A DNA stretch of 64,000 nucleotides from Tetramitus jugosus (taxonomy: Eukaryota > Protista > Heterolobosea). The notes under the pieces were generated by a model. It made no database searches, had not been told where the DNA came from, and saw nothing but the letters and a program-made list of their open reading frames with translations. This document shows, piece by piece, positions 43,032-53,987 of the stretch. The stretch's first letter is position 1, and each line of letters begins with the position of its first letter. The translations under genes were made by a program, and so were the position numbers. The stretch covers positions 248,001-312,000 of the forward strand of contig OW569372.1 of NCBI GenBank assembly GCA_937625935.1. Direction: 5' to 3'.

Positions 43032-44459
43032 TTACAAGGAAAGGAAGATCATGGACATGATGGAGACGATGGTCGTCGTGAATTTGCTCAGCATAGGATG
43101 AGCTTCACTTTTGGCAGTGCTTTCATGCGGTGTTGGAAGAGCTTGAGAGAATGAAACCTCGTTGGAAACTCGAGGAGTGGGTTCTCGCGTAGAGGATACC
43201 CGTGGAACAGATACAACAGGTTCACTATGGTTGGTTGGTACAGATACTGTTGGGATAGGTGTCGGCGTAGGTATAGGTGTTGGTGTTGGCTCAGGTTGAG
43301 GACCTCCAACATCATGTGCAATGATTCTCAACGTTTTGTTTTCACATCGGTAGTACGTTGGGTCAAAGCACTCTCCAGCACACAAGTTTTGGCAATTTTC
43401 TGTTGACATTACTCCAGATTCAATCATCAAGTGAAGTGCTTTGCAATTGTATGGTGGATTTTTCTCACAGATACCCCAAAATTCTGCTTCAATACTTTCA
43501 AGACCTGCTTTCCATGGCTCCCTAGAGAATTCAAAAATAACTGAGGCAATAGAATTCTGTCTGTATACCTTCAGGGATTCAATAATAGCCACATCTTGAT
43601 TTAATTCACTAGCAGTTCCGTAATTGCAAGGATTGGGATTAGATGGATTCGTGTGGCTAAATCCGTAAGGACCTGCTGGCCATCCATTCTCCGTTATGAC
43701 GATAAACTTGCCAGGAATGTTTTGTTTGATCATATTATACTCTGCTAAGTGCCCACCGGCTGCTTGCTGCGCAGAGAAACATCCTCCATACTTGTTACCC
43801 CACCATGGAAAGATGTTGACACCCAGGTAGTCTGATTGTACGGCTATTCGAGACGGCACACAAGTTCCTTGCCATTCACACAACAGAGAAGCAATTTCAT
43901 TCGAAGTCAATGGTTGATTAACTCCAGCGGATCTGCAACTACTAAAACATTCAAGGACGAGTCTTTCGGCCACGTCTTTTGGATTTCGGAGGGAGAACTC
44001 TGAGCCACAAGATAGACCTATGATAACATCTTCATATTCCTTGGCCAATCGAATTCCTTGTTCAATAACTGGAGTGTTGTTGAAGGAAGGTGGTTCCAGC
44101 CAGATTATTGAAATAATTTTTACATTCCTGGCTCGGGCAGCAGAGAATACATAGTCTAAACCATTTCCATAATGATAGATTTGGATGCAACGAAACTTTG
44201 TTTGATGCACCAATCTGTCCATCAACAAGTCTATGATCTCATGAGGTGGGTGAGGACCATCCTTCTCATGATAGCCCTGAACATAAGGATTGAACGCAAT
44301 ACAGCCCATGTTGCTTTCTGTCACTGTGGCAGCCAGTTCTAGCTTCTTTAGATACGGATCATCTCGTGGCTTCTGTGCTTCTACAAAATTCTCAATATTC
44401 AAACTTAATAGAGCAATAATACAAAGAGTCAATACAATAGTAAGAGTTGGTAGTGACAT
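43032..44459 (-). CDS. GH17 beta-1,3-glucanase/transglycosylase, secreted and probably GPI-anchored
   Basis: Signal peptide; CGSEF (acid/base Glu), VNIFPWW, VITENGWP (nucleophile Glu) and FEFSREPWK; Cys module CAGECFDPTYYRC; PT linker; hydrophobic C-terminus. Confidence 0.85.
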   Translation of the reverse strand: MSLPTLTIVLTLCIIALLSLNIENFVEAQKPRDDPYLKKLELAATVTESNMGCIAFNPYVQGYHEKDGPHPPHEIIDLLMDRLVHQTKFRCIQIYHYGNGLDYVFSAARARNVKIISIIWLEPPSFNNTPVIEQGIRLAKEYEDVIIGLSCGSEFSLRNPKDVAERLVLECFSSCRSAGVNQPLTSNEIASLLCEWQGTCVPSRIAVQSDYLGVNIFPWWGNKYGGCFSAQQAAGGHLAEYNMIKQNIPGKFIVITENGWPAGPYGFSHTNPSNPNPCNYGTASELNQDVAIIESLKVYRQNSIASVIFEFSREPWKAGLESIEAEFWGICEKNPPYNCKALHLMIESGVMSTENCQNLCAGECFDPTYYRCENKTLRIIAHDVGGPQPEPTPTPIPTPTPIPTVSVPTNHSEPVVSVPRVSSTREPTPRVSNEVSFSQALPTPHESTAKSEAHPMLSKFTTTIVSIMSMIFLSL

Positions 44460-44689
44460 GTTTCTTGTTTTCTGTTCGATTGAAAAAAAGGGGCACGAGG
44501 AATCTCGTTTTGTATCTGACCAGGAGATCCAAAGGTAGATGACTTCAACCCTATCCTCCCAGGTATTCCTTTCTGTCTCGGATTCTCCATCCTATTCTCA
44601 ATAGTTCAGTAAGATATTTTCATTGTATTGCTAATCAACGCACATCCGACTTTGTCCGACTTTTTTCCGACTTGCAAACAAAAGCAGAA

Positions 44690-45805
44690 ATGACGGAAAA
44701 TGACACAAGATCAACAATGGACACGGCAACACTTTTGTGTCTGGCTGTAGGAGCGGCCGCATCCACTCTCACAGGTTATCTTCTGTATCGTCATTGCAAA
44801 CAATTGCAACAGCAGTTGAATCATGAGAAAAAAAACCGCGCAGACGAAAGGGCGGGAAGAATCGCGATCGAAAAGCAACTACGGAAGCTGCAACAACAGA
44901 ATCTCATTGCAGAAGCAAGCACAAGCAATGAAACAGATAGCTCTCAAGGCAACAAGCCTCCATTGAATGACCTCACTGAACCAAAAGAAACTTCTGCTGA
45001 TTTCATGCAAAACATTGTAATGAAGCCCATTGGATACTTGAGCTCTGTTTATAATGGAAGGAATGGAACACCAAGACAAGGAATGTTTGTTCCCAGTGGA
45101 AGAGCAGTGCTGAAGCTGGAGCCCAGATGCAACCCAAGAGACTCACTGGATGGACTGCAAGAATTTGGTCATGTCTGGCTCATTTTTGTTTTCCATGAGA
45201 ACACAAACTTTGCAAAGCATCAACAATTGTTGATGACTGAAAGTTCCAATACCAAGAACAACATCTCTGTCACAAAATCAAAGATTAAGCCACCAAGACT
45301 GGGAGATAGAAAAGTGGGTCTCTATGCAACAAGGTCACCACATAGACACAACAATATCGGACTCACATTGGCTCGTGTGGACAAAATTGACTCAAATGGA
45401 ACTCTTTATTTGTCTGCGATGGATCTATGTGATAGAACTCCGATCCTGGATATCAAACCTGTCATTGAATACGACTGTGTGCATGACTTGAAAGTACCTG
45501 ACTGGATTAAAGATCCAATTGACAGCATCAAAACTTTCCAAGTCAAGTTTATTGAAGAAAGCGTTGAACAATTAAGCCAGATAATGACAAGAAAGAAATT
45601 GAAATTGTTTCAACCTAACGAGAAGAATGAGATCTTATTATTCATTGAACAAGTTTTGAGATATGACATGAGATCTCACCACAAGAAAAGCACAAAAGTA
45701 GGACAATCTGACGAACATACCGTCCACTTGGATCATCTTCTCATAAGTTTTACAATTGAAAACGATATTGTCTCAGTTCAAAGAATCGAATACAAGGACA
45801 TCTAA
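44690..45805 (+). CDS. TRMO: tRNA m6t6A37 methyltransferase TrmO/TsaA with N-terminal TM helix
   Basis: PIGYLSS, RNGTPRQG, LDGLQEFGHVWLIFVFH, KIKPPRL, GLYATRSPHR and DLCDRTPILDIKP. Confidence 0.92.
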   Translation: MTENDTRSTMDTATLLCLAVGAAASTLTGYLLYRHCKQLQQQLNHEKKNRADERAGRIAIEKQLRKLQQQNLIAEASTSNETDSSQGNKPPLNDLTEPKETSADFMQNIVMKPIGYLSSVYNGRNGTPRQGMFVPSGRAVLKLEPRCNPRDSLDGLQEFGHVWLIFVFHENTNFAKHQQLLMTESSNTKNNISVTKSKIKPPRLGDRKVGLYATRSPHRHNNIGLTLARVDKIDSNGTLYLSAMDLCDRTPILDIKPVIEYDCVHDLKVPDWIKDPIDSIKTFQVKFIEESVEQLSQIMTRKKLKLFQPNEKNEILLFIEQVLRYDMRSHHKKSTKVGQSDEHTVHLDHLLISFTIENDIVSVQRIEYKDI

Positions 45806-45830
45806 ACCTATTTTAATTTCAAATTACTCA

Positions 45831-48770
45831 TCAATTGGAATCCCTCCATGAGATAATATCTCCATGACCTCTCCTTGATACTGATCTACTGTGAGGGGCA
45901 CTTCTGGCTCTAAAAGAAGTCTCCTCCTGTGTTATGCTACGGGGTGACTCCCATTGGAGGGCTGTTCCGACCAGGGACTCTCTCTTGCTTGGTGTATTCT
46001 GGATCTTGCAAGACAAGCCCTTTTGGTCTTTATCTGAGCCAATGTAGCCTGTATTGTTCTCTTTCGGTTTAAATTGTTTTGCAAACTGTTGAAAGTCCAG
46101 TTCTGAGTTATCATTCAACTGGAATGCTTCACGAATTTCTTTTTTCGAAACGGAGAGATTCATTCCACGGACAGTTCTCTGCAGATCCTCAATTGTTACC
46201 TTTCCATCCACATCCTTATCCAAGAACCGAAATGCCTTCCTCGAATCAGGTGTCAATGATTGAAGTCGAGAAACAATCTGACTCTTAATATCATTCTTCT
46301 CCTCTTTTCTCTTCGTCACAACCTCTTTCTTTGACTCGTTAAATACTTCCTTGAAAATTGGATCCGTTTTGAGACTCGTAGGCTCGCAGAATCTCTTTCT
46401 AACCGTACTTTCGGTCCTAGTTATGGAATTTGTGGAGTTTTCTTGCTGGAGTATGGTCGCCTTTCCGCTGCTTGTATTTGCTTGTTCAGAACATCTCTTC
46501 ATAGAACGCTGTGGAGACGATTCAGCAACCATTATCTTTCCTCCCTCAAAGTGACTTGCACGTGAGTCGTGAACATGTTCTCTGTGTTTGAGTGTTCTAA
46601 AAAGAGTTCGTTCTACTGATTTTGGACTAGGATTCTTCTTCCGAACAGAGAATAACTTAGGAACAGAATTATCTTCGATCGAGGAAAGAATAGGGTTTCT
46701 GTTCTCTCTTGGAGAGTGAGCGTATCGTTTTGGAGTGTCATTGATTCTCTCTCCATGTTTCAACTTGGAGTCGTCTCCAAAACCGTAAATGTCATGAGAG
46801 ACAATGTATGATTCGCTTCTTGGTTTCCTGGAATCGTCCAATCCCCTGATAGGTGTTCGATGACCGATAATATCTCCAGAATCTTCATGACGTCGCGAAT
46901 ATCGTGGTGTTAATTGTCTTGGAGAAGTTACGAAGTGATCTATTCTCTCAGAGGAATCCCTCAGTAAGTCAAGTAAAGAGTCAGAGGGCTTTTGAATTCT
47001 GCAAGTTGTTTGCTCGGGCTTCTCTGAATCACAGAATTGGTTCACAGAAACGGAATGCCCTATGGAGGACATGAACTCGTTATAATTTGCTTCTTCAGTT
47101 GTATGGGCTGATCTTTGTTCCGTTTCGATTCGAGGAACATTTTGATATTCGAGAAGAGGTTCAATACCACTCGCTACAACATTACTAATCCTCTTATCAG
47201 ACAGTGCTTCTTCTGTTTCGTCAAGTATAGACTGGGTATCCTGACGAAAGTTGTTACTTCGCTTTCTCCTAGAGCTAAACATCTCTTCCTCCTTCACATC
47301 ATCTCTTGTTTTACCTACAACTTGACCCATATGTGTCACTGAAGCGATAGGAATAGAAGAAAGAGGAGTACTTAAAAGTTGTTTGTCCACAGTTGTGTAG
47401 TCAATCTTTCGAGTTAGAGGATTGATACATTTATCAACTACATAATTCAATTGATCCTCGGGTAGGGTTAAATCTAAAGACCGAATGGCTTCCTTGAGTT
47501 CACTAGGTTGTGCTTCATCTTCATTATCCAATTTCTCAAAGAAACGTTTCACAGATTCTTCTCTCATATTTTGATTGAGAAGTTTCGATATGATTGCCGT
47601 GGATTGCTCGCTCTGCTTCTTCCTTTCGAGTTGTTCTCGCTTATGTATATCTCTTTCTAATTGCTCCTGCTGGAATTTGATAGACAATGGATTGGTGATA
47701 CTCTCAAACGAAGCAGATACGTTAATTTTCCTGTGATGATAAGGGAAAAGATCCTCGTCTCTGTTCTCTGTATGCATAGTTCGTCCATTCAAAGCCTTTC
47801 CAGTTCTGTTGGAAAATTTTTCACTATGTGACAAACCTTGAGTAAACTTCTTGCTCGGTATGTAATTACTAACCTTCTCTATGAATTGGGTGTAGTCGAC
47901 TAATCCTGAACCTCTCTGTTCAAACATGTTCACAACCACGTCCAATTGTTTCTCGGATAGTGGAATATCGATCTGTTTAATCATGTGCTTAAATTCTCCG
48001 CGAGACACTAAACCCTTTCCACTTGTATCAAATTTGCTGAATCTGTCGAAGAGAGTTCTCTGTGCCTCATTGGTGGAATCCATTTTCTTCTTCAAATTCT
48101 GAATCTCCACTTCTCTCTTTAGTTCTGAGTAATCTCCAGAAAGAGGGTTCATAGTAGATGTAGCTGTTTTAAAGTAGTTGCCTAACAATCCCTGTCTCTT
48201 GGGATTTGCTTCTTTGGCAAAGAAAATATCGGATCGAAATGTTGGTGAATCTCGACGACTTGAAGACTGATGTACGACAGTAGACATTTCATTCAGAACG
48301 CCAAATGCCTTCTTCCTCGATCCACTAATCCCAATTGGAGATGTTTCCTGTTTCGGTGCCATTTCAACTATATTACTCTTCTTAGCAACATTCTCTCCAC
48401 TGATGTCAATAATTTTTCGAACTCCACTCTTCCTTGGTGACTCTTGGGTCTGAATCTCGTCTGACCAAGAGAGGATAGCGTCATTACTCTTAAGTTTGTT
48501 TTTTGCGGCTGCTTTCTTTGATTTGCTCACCGATTCATCTCCTTGTAAATTGGCTGTCGTTGCAGGACTCCTTCTTTTCTTTGATGCTGCGAAGTAATCT
48601 ATGAACTCCACATAATTCACAGAATTAGAAGAATCTTTAAATTTGTTTATCACAGTGCTAGCTCCCTTATCAACTCCAAACTTGCTCAGAACTGCTTTAA
48701 AGTCTTTTGCTGCAACGTTCCCACTCTTAAGTAGGTCATACTTTGAAAACTCGCCTCTCAGGATATCCAT
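45831..48770 (-). CDS. Large multi-EF-hand protein
   Basis: EF-hand loops DLLKSGNVAAKDF, DTSGKGLVSRGEF, EQRGSGLVDYTQF and DKDVDGKVTIEDL separated by long disordered segments. ATG at 48770. Confidence 0.8.
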   Translation of the reverse strand: MDILRGEFSKYDLLKSGNVAAKDFKAVLSKFGVDKGASTVINKFKDSSNSVNYVEFIDYFAASKKRRSPATTANLQGDESVSKSKKAAAKNKLKSNDAILSWSDEIQTQESPRKSGVRKIIDISGENVAKKSNIVEMAPKQETSPIGISGSRKKAFGVLNEMSTVVHQSSSRRDSPTFRSDIFFAKEANPKRQGLLGNYFKTATSTMNPLSGDYSELKREVEIQNLKKKMDSTNEAQRTLFDRFSKFDTSGKGLVSRGEFKHMIKQIDIPLSEKQLDVVVNMFEQRGSGLVDYTQFIEKVSNYIPSKKFTQGLSHSEKFSNRTGKALNGRTMHTENRDEDLFPYHHRKINVSASFESITNPLSIKFQQEQLERDIHKREQLERKKQSEQSTAIISKLLNQNMREESVKRFFEKLDNEDEAQPSELKEAIRSLDLTLPEDQLNYVVDKCINPLTRKIDYTTVDKQLLSTPLSSIPIASVTHMGQVVGKTRDDVKEEEMFSSRRKRSNNFRQDTQSILDETEEALSDKRISNVVASGIEPLLEYQNVPRIETEQRSAHTTEEANYNEFMSSIGHSVSVNQFCDSEKPEQTTCRIQKPSDSLLDLLRDSSERIDHFVTSPRQLTPRYSRRHEDSGDIIGHRTPIRGLDDSRKPRSESYIVSHDIYGFGDDSKLKHGERINDTPKRYAHSPRENRNPILSSIEDNSVPKLFSVRKKNPSPKSVERTLFRTLKHREHVHDSRASHFEGGKIMVAESSPQRSMKRCSEQANTSSGKATILQQENSTNSITRTESTVRKRFCEPTSLKTDPIFKEVFNESKKEVVTKRKEEKNDIKSQIVSRLQSLTPDSRKAFRFLDKDVDGKVTIEDLQRTVRGMNLSVSKKEIREAFQLNDNSELDFQQFAKQFKPKENNTGYIGSDKDQKGLSCKIQNTPSKRESLVGTALQWESPRSITQEETSFRARSAPHSRSVSRRGHGDIISWRDSN

Positions 48771-48989
48771 GTTCTTGATTGATCTACCAAGTTTCACAAA
48801 CGGACACTTGGCAAATGGTATGCGAATTTTCTTACTTTTAACAGAGTAAAATGAGCTGATAGCTTGTGGTTTTGTGAATATGTAACGGACATGGCTCAGT
48901 CTACTACGGTTTCGAGCGCTCAAAGGCGTAGAAATTTTTTCTGTCGCCAGCAATGAGCAAAAAGCCAACGTGGAGAGAAGACAATGTCT

Positions 48990-50598
48990 TTATTGTCCCA
49001 TTCCGAACAAGCCCATCTCGGACAGGTATCCAATCGTGTTTCCAACTCCAAATTGTAGCGTGTACTCATTCTGATCCTCTTCGCAGACCGTGAACAACAA
49101 TTGACACACAGCTGACTTGAAGTTGTACTGATAGTGAGTCATTAGGCGCTCGAGATTGTCCTTGACAAGACCTCCAGGTATACCATTCAATTTTCCAAAG
49201 CGTTTTTTGTACTTTCTCTTTTTCGCTGGTAGGGCATCCACGAGAGCCATATCAAAGCTTCTAATTGACCAATCTTGAGAATTGATACCATTGAACAGTT
49301 CATAACGAAGGTTTGGTAGAGCTTTGCATGCCTTAATCAAGAAGGTCAACAATGGTGTGTGCAACCAAGCAAACTCTGATTCTTGATCGAGCAAAGCGAA
49401 GAACACTCTCAGAACACCGTATACGATGTTCATGTCAATTGGTAATTCTGTTTGTGGCACGGCTTCCTGTTGTGCTTCGTTATCAGAAACTTGACAAACA
49501 ATGTGACCCATGAGAGAATTAGGCACCATCATTAGGACTTGGAAGCAATGCTTGACCAAAGTTAAATCCGATGTATTCTTGTCAAACGTATCAAATTGAG
49601 CGACAGGCAACTCTTTCAATTGCATTCTTATTCTTCCATTGTCCTCAAACAACTGTACATCAATCTTCTTGTAACTTGTCCACTCCACATGACTCTTCAA
49701 AAGATTTCTCAAGAATCGCAAGCAATCCAAATTGAACAAATCAGCTGTCCTCTGCTCGTCTTGTTCATGGTGCACCGACAGATTGTATAAACCTGAACGC
49801 AACAATGATCAAAGAAATAAAGTGATGGTCAGGCACAACAGTCCACATATATTCAATTTGAAAAAGAGGAATGTAGAAAAAACTCAAGGCACACTACAGC
49901 CTCATAGAATCGCACATACTCTTCAACACTTCCACAATGTTTCTTGATGAGATCAGACGACTCGTGTCATCCAAACACCAAAACGATCGAATCAACTCTG
50001 AATATTGTTCCCAAGTCTTCAAGCAATCTTCACTGGCAAACAACGCATAAAACACCAATCGATTCACCAGAAAATAAATTGTTTCTCTCTCCTGTTGATC
50101 AACGTTGCCTGATTGAAGCAATGATCGAACCGGATCAATAATGTCGCTCAATGTATCAACCAAAACAGGTCTGCTTCTCGAATTTACATGTACAATGTTA
50201 ATAAACAGTTTCAATATCTCAAATTTCAACAAATTCGATTTTTTCTGATCATCAATCACCTTGTACGACTCCAATATTCTCTGAAACATTGGTTCACTTG
50301 TGATGCACAACGTGCTGCTATCAAACTCTCTCAGCATCAATCGGAGAAATGTCACAACAGACAGCAGAGCATTGTCATTGTTGGATGATGGTGAAAATTT
50401 TTGCTTGTTCTCATCGGAGAGAAACGTCTGTGTTACAGTTTGCATGATCAGTGACTTTTGTTGACCCAATTGTGGGAATTGTGACTCATTTTCGAATTGT
50501 GAATAAAATTGACTCAATTGAGAGATCAATTGTTGAAATTGAGTGGGATCGGTGATGGCTTCTCCAGTTACTGCTAAGGATGAATTGTCGTCAAACAT
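48990..50598 (-). CDS. RIC8: Ric-8 (synembryn)-like G-alpha GEF/chaperone (intron 49919-49793)
   Basis: Spliced EVLKSLYNL; C-terminal LMT...KSAVCQLLFTVCEED...FGVGNTIGYL..MGL typical of Ric-8. The GTATGT...CAG intron is in frame. Confidence 0.75.
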
Positions 50599-50816
50599 GA
50601 GTGGGTGTCTGTCTTACGTTTCGGTGTTTACTGTTGTTGTTTGTTTGCAGTTCTTGCGCAGCCAAGAGTTTTGGTAAGTTATTTATAGTGACTCGGAAAA
50701 TGACGTTTGACTGACACATTATTACAATGGAGGAATTTTATTGTGCGTTGTGTGTTGGGTGCAGGAGCACAAGCAGTTCGCACCGACTTTTGTGCAAGCT
50801 TATACTACTCTATTCT

Positions 50817-51443
50817 CTAGTTGCTTGTGTTCTTTAATAACCACGGGAAGCTATTGTCTTCACTCTCCCAGAATGGAACTGTTTTTTCTTCGTGGAATGC
50901 CTTGGAGAGCACCAACCATCCATACAAGACACCAGGCAAATACAATAGGAAACAGAGAGCACTACACAAGATCATGGATGCCAAAACAACTTTTGTAGTA
51001 TGCTTATTGCTCTTCTCTTGCAATCTGCACTGTCTAAAGATGAAGATACCGACGGCCAAGGGTGGACAAACAACAGACAGAGTCAACAGTGTGATCACAA
51101 ACGCCTTTTGGAACAATGGATGAGTCTCTAGCTGGGAAACCCGAGGTTCATACTTGTCAATCAGTGCCTTGACAGATCCAGATACACCACTGACCACAGT
51201 CTCCAATGGCTTCAAATGATTGAGTTGCTTGCTATATTGAGATCCCTTTTGAATGACGTCTTGAGCCCAGGTAGAAACATTTGGTGGAACCATTTCGAGC
51301 ACTCTTTCCTTGACTCCTTCCAATCCGTCCTGTATAAGCTTCTTGGACTGTTCTTGGATCGATGTTGTGGATGAAGAGGATGGTGGTACTTGCTTCTGTT
51401 GTGGTTGTTCTTGAGGTTGTTGTTCAGTAGCTGTGGATGACAT
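50817..51443 (-). CDS. Pmp3/YqaE-family membrane protein with long hydrophilic N-terminal extension
   Basis: SVVCPPLAV...LLYLPGVLYGWLV two-helix Pmp3-type signature. ATG at 51443. Confidence 0.7.
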   Translation of the reverse strand: MSSTATEQQPQEQPQQKQVPPSSSSTTSIQEQSKKLIQDGLEGVKERVLEMVPPNVSTWAQDVIQKGSQYSKQLNHLKPLETVVSGVSGSVKALIDKYEPRVSQLETHPLFQKAFVITLLTLSVVCPPLAVGIFIFRQCRLQEKSNKHTTKVVLASMILCSALCFLLYLPGVLYGWLVLSKAFHEEKTVPFWESEDNSFPWLLKNTSN

Positions 51444-52142
51444 TATCTTTATATCAAATGGAGAGTTGTTGTGCACGTGTTGTTGTAGTTTCCAAGTGAA
51501 TATTGTTGGTGCACCAAAAGCCATCACAGAAAAGTGCACCGTTTTAGCTTACACTTGTAAATTTCCCTGTATTTTCCGGCCAAAAAAGCCCAGAAAAAAA
51601 GAAGAAAATTCTCCTACTGAGTACTTTCAGAGCGTGTAGTTTGCGCTCGAGTAGAATTTCCGAGGAAACTTTGAGTAAGGGACGCATTGGACAACCCCCA
51701 TTCAGTGCGCTCGAATGCCAGGTTCAGTGAGTAGGAACACCTTCAACCACGATGGATTGAAGCCTCAGGTTTGTTGTATTCTGAAACTTGAACCTGAAAC
51801 TATCCAAGGTCAAATTACGATAATTCACAGATATCTGCAAGACGCACAAGTCAAATTCAGGAGACCCAGTGGAGTAATTTCTTCTGGAACAATCAATCCC
51901 CTTCCCGATCGGACTATTCAACTTTTCGCTCTAACTTGTGTGAAAATTCCAGGCCTCCAAGAATTTCTTGCTCTCTCAAAATAAGAATACTTTCAAAAAG
52001 CTCCCAAAAAACACAGCAAGAACTCAGTTGCCTCTCCGTAGCTCAACAATCTCTATCACAGCATATATTGCGTGCATTCTTCACAAACAACAATTCGCAA
52101 AAGCAACAACTCCAACAACAACCAACTAATTATAAAACAACC

Positions 52143-53291
52143 ATGTTTCAATCAAGCTTACACACCTCTCAGACTCAATACTTTGCCTTTGCTCAACAAT
52201 TCCTGGACGGAATAGACAGAGAGCTAGAGAAACAACAACAACAACAACAGGTCAATAACAATACCACAACATCAAAGTTACCCATTCAAGCAGAATACAT
52301 TTGGATTGGTGGTGGCAAGAACAGTGGTAGTGACATGAGATGCAAGACAAGAACATTGGCTCATCCTGTGACAAGTGTTGAAGACCTTCCAGAGTGGAAC
52401 TATGACGGATCTTCCACTAATCAAGCCTCTGGTCACGACAGTGAGTGCCTTCTCCAGCCATGTGCTATTTTTAGAGATCCGTTCCGAAAGGGACAAAATG
52501 TGCTCGTGTTGTGCGACACTTATGACGCAACTGGAAAGCCATTGTCAACCAATGCCAGAGCTCCTGCAAAGGCCATATTTGATCAGAATCTCGAGTTGGA
52601 ACCGTGGTTCGGTATTGAACAAGAGTATACATTGTTCAGTTTGGATCGCCATCCATTGGGCTGGCCAAAGGGAGGCTACCCTGGTCCACAGGGACCGTAT
52701 TACTGCAGTGTCGGTGCAAATCATGCATTCGGAAGAGCACTCGTTGAAGCTCATTACAAGGCATGTCTCTATGCTGGTGTCAACATTTCTGGAATCAATG
52801 CTGAGGTCATGCCAGGTCAATGGGAGTTCCAAGTGGGTCCTTGTACCGGTATTGATGTGGGTGATCACGTGTGGATGGCACGTTATCTGTTGCACCGTAT
52901 CGGAGAGATGTTTGATGTGATTGTTTCCTATGCTGCAAAGCCTATTGTCGGTGATTGGAACGGTGCAGGTGCTCACACTAATTTCTCAACAAAACCCATG
53001 AGAGAAGAAGGAGGATATGAAGCTATTATTGATGCTATTGAAAGACTCGGACAGAAACATGAGGAACACATTTCAGTGTACGGTACTGATAATCATGAGA
53101 GATTGACTGGAAGGCATGAAACTGCAACGATGCACGAGTTCTCCTATGGAGTTGCAAACAGAGGTGCATCTGTGCGTATTCCTAGAGTAGTCGAAAAGGA
53201 AAGAAAGGGATATTTTGAAGATCGAAGACCTGCTGCCTCTGCTGATCCATACCTTGTCTCTGCAAAGATCTTTGAAACGTGTTGTCTGTAA
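52143..53291 (+). CDS. GLUL: Glutamine synthetase type II
   Basis: [67 protein letters not shown] and YFEDRRP. Confidence 0.97.
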   Translation: MFQSSLHTSQTQYFAFAQQFLDGIDRELEKQQQQQQVNNNTTTSKLPIQAEYIWIGGGKNSGSDMRCKTRTLAHPVTSVEDLPEWNYDGSSTNQASGHDSECLLQPCAIFRDPFRKGQNVLVLCDTYDATGKPLSTNARAPAKAIFDQNLELEPWFGIEQEYTLFSLDRHPLGWPKGGYPGPQGPYYCSVGANHAFGRALVEAHYKACLYAGVNISGINAEVMPGQWEFQVGPCTGIDVGDHVWMARYLLHRIGEMFDVIVSYAAKPIVGDWNGAGAHTNFSTKPMREEGGYEAIIDAIERLGQKHEEHISVYGTDNHERLTGRHETATMHEFSYGVANRGASVRIPRVVEKERKGYFEDRRPAASADPYLVSAKIFETCCL

Positions 53292-53987
53292 GTATCACTT
53301 GTGGAACGAACGCTGTCGTGTGTGGATTGTCGATAAGAAGTTGATGAAAGGTTTGGATGAGTTGTTTAACATTTGTATTTTGTTTGATCATGTCGTGATG
53401 AAATTTTGCTTGAGCACTCGTATGTAGACACTCCTTTCATGAAGATTGGGCTGGTGAATGAACGATTGGTACACACATACAACACGCAAGAATCCCTGAA
53501 CCCAACATTTCTGATGCATCTATTGGAACAGCATCCAAGCCTCACCCAACCGTATAAGACAATATTTTATTTTCTTTCTATTTATTGTTTTTCTTCTGTT
53601 GATCCCTTCTTGGATTATCTTCCTTTACATCTTGAATACATAATAAAAATTTACTTTTGCAAAGGAACTCTCTCGCTCTCGCGCTCTTCTCTTTTCTTCT
53701 CTCTTCTTCTCTCTTTTTCGTGCTTCCTGAACTTCAAACAAACCGTTTCTGAATCATAAGGAGCTCTGTTGACGAAGTGAGCGCCACTTTCCCTCCACAA
53801 ATACAACTGACCACTTCAAGGACCGTCAATCAAACGGAGTAATACGTCTTACATCCATCAAACGTCAGCGCGACTCCAGCCACACAAGTAAAAAACGATT
53901 CTGCGCCAACACAAAAAAAAATCATAACAACAAACACCACCAACTGTACCATACCACACTACATACATATAAACAACATTATATAAA

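Noticed and set aside
51620-51670. U3 snoRNA resemblance (TACTTTCAG, GAGGAA)
   Set aside because: The rest of box A and boxes B, C and D are not found in order.
53395-53499. Possible C/D snoRNA (GTGATGA...CTGA)
   Set aside because: No convincing terminal stem or recognisable rRNA guide, and the boxes are short enough to occur by chance.
53406-53759. 117-aa ORF between glutamine synthetase and the calmodulin-like gene
   Set aside because: TTG start and T/CT-rich low-complexity sequence typical of intergenic DNA.
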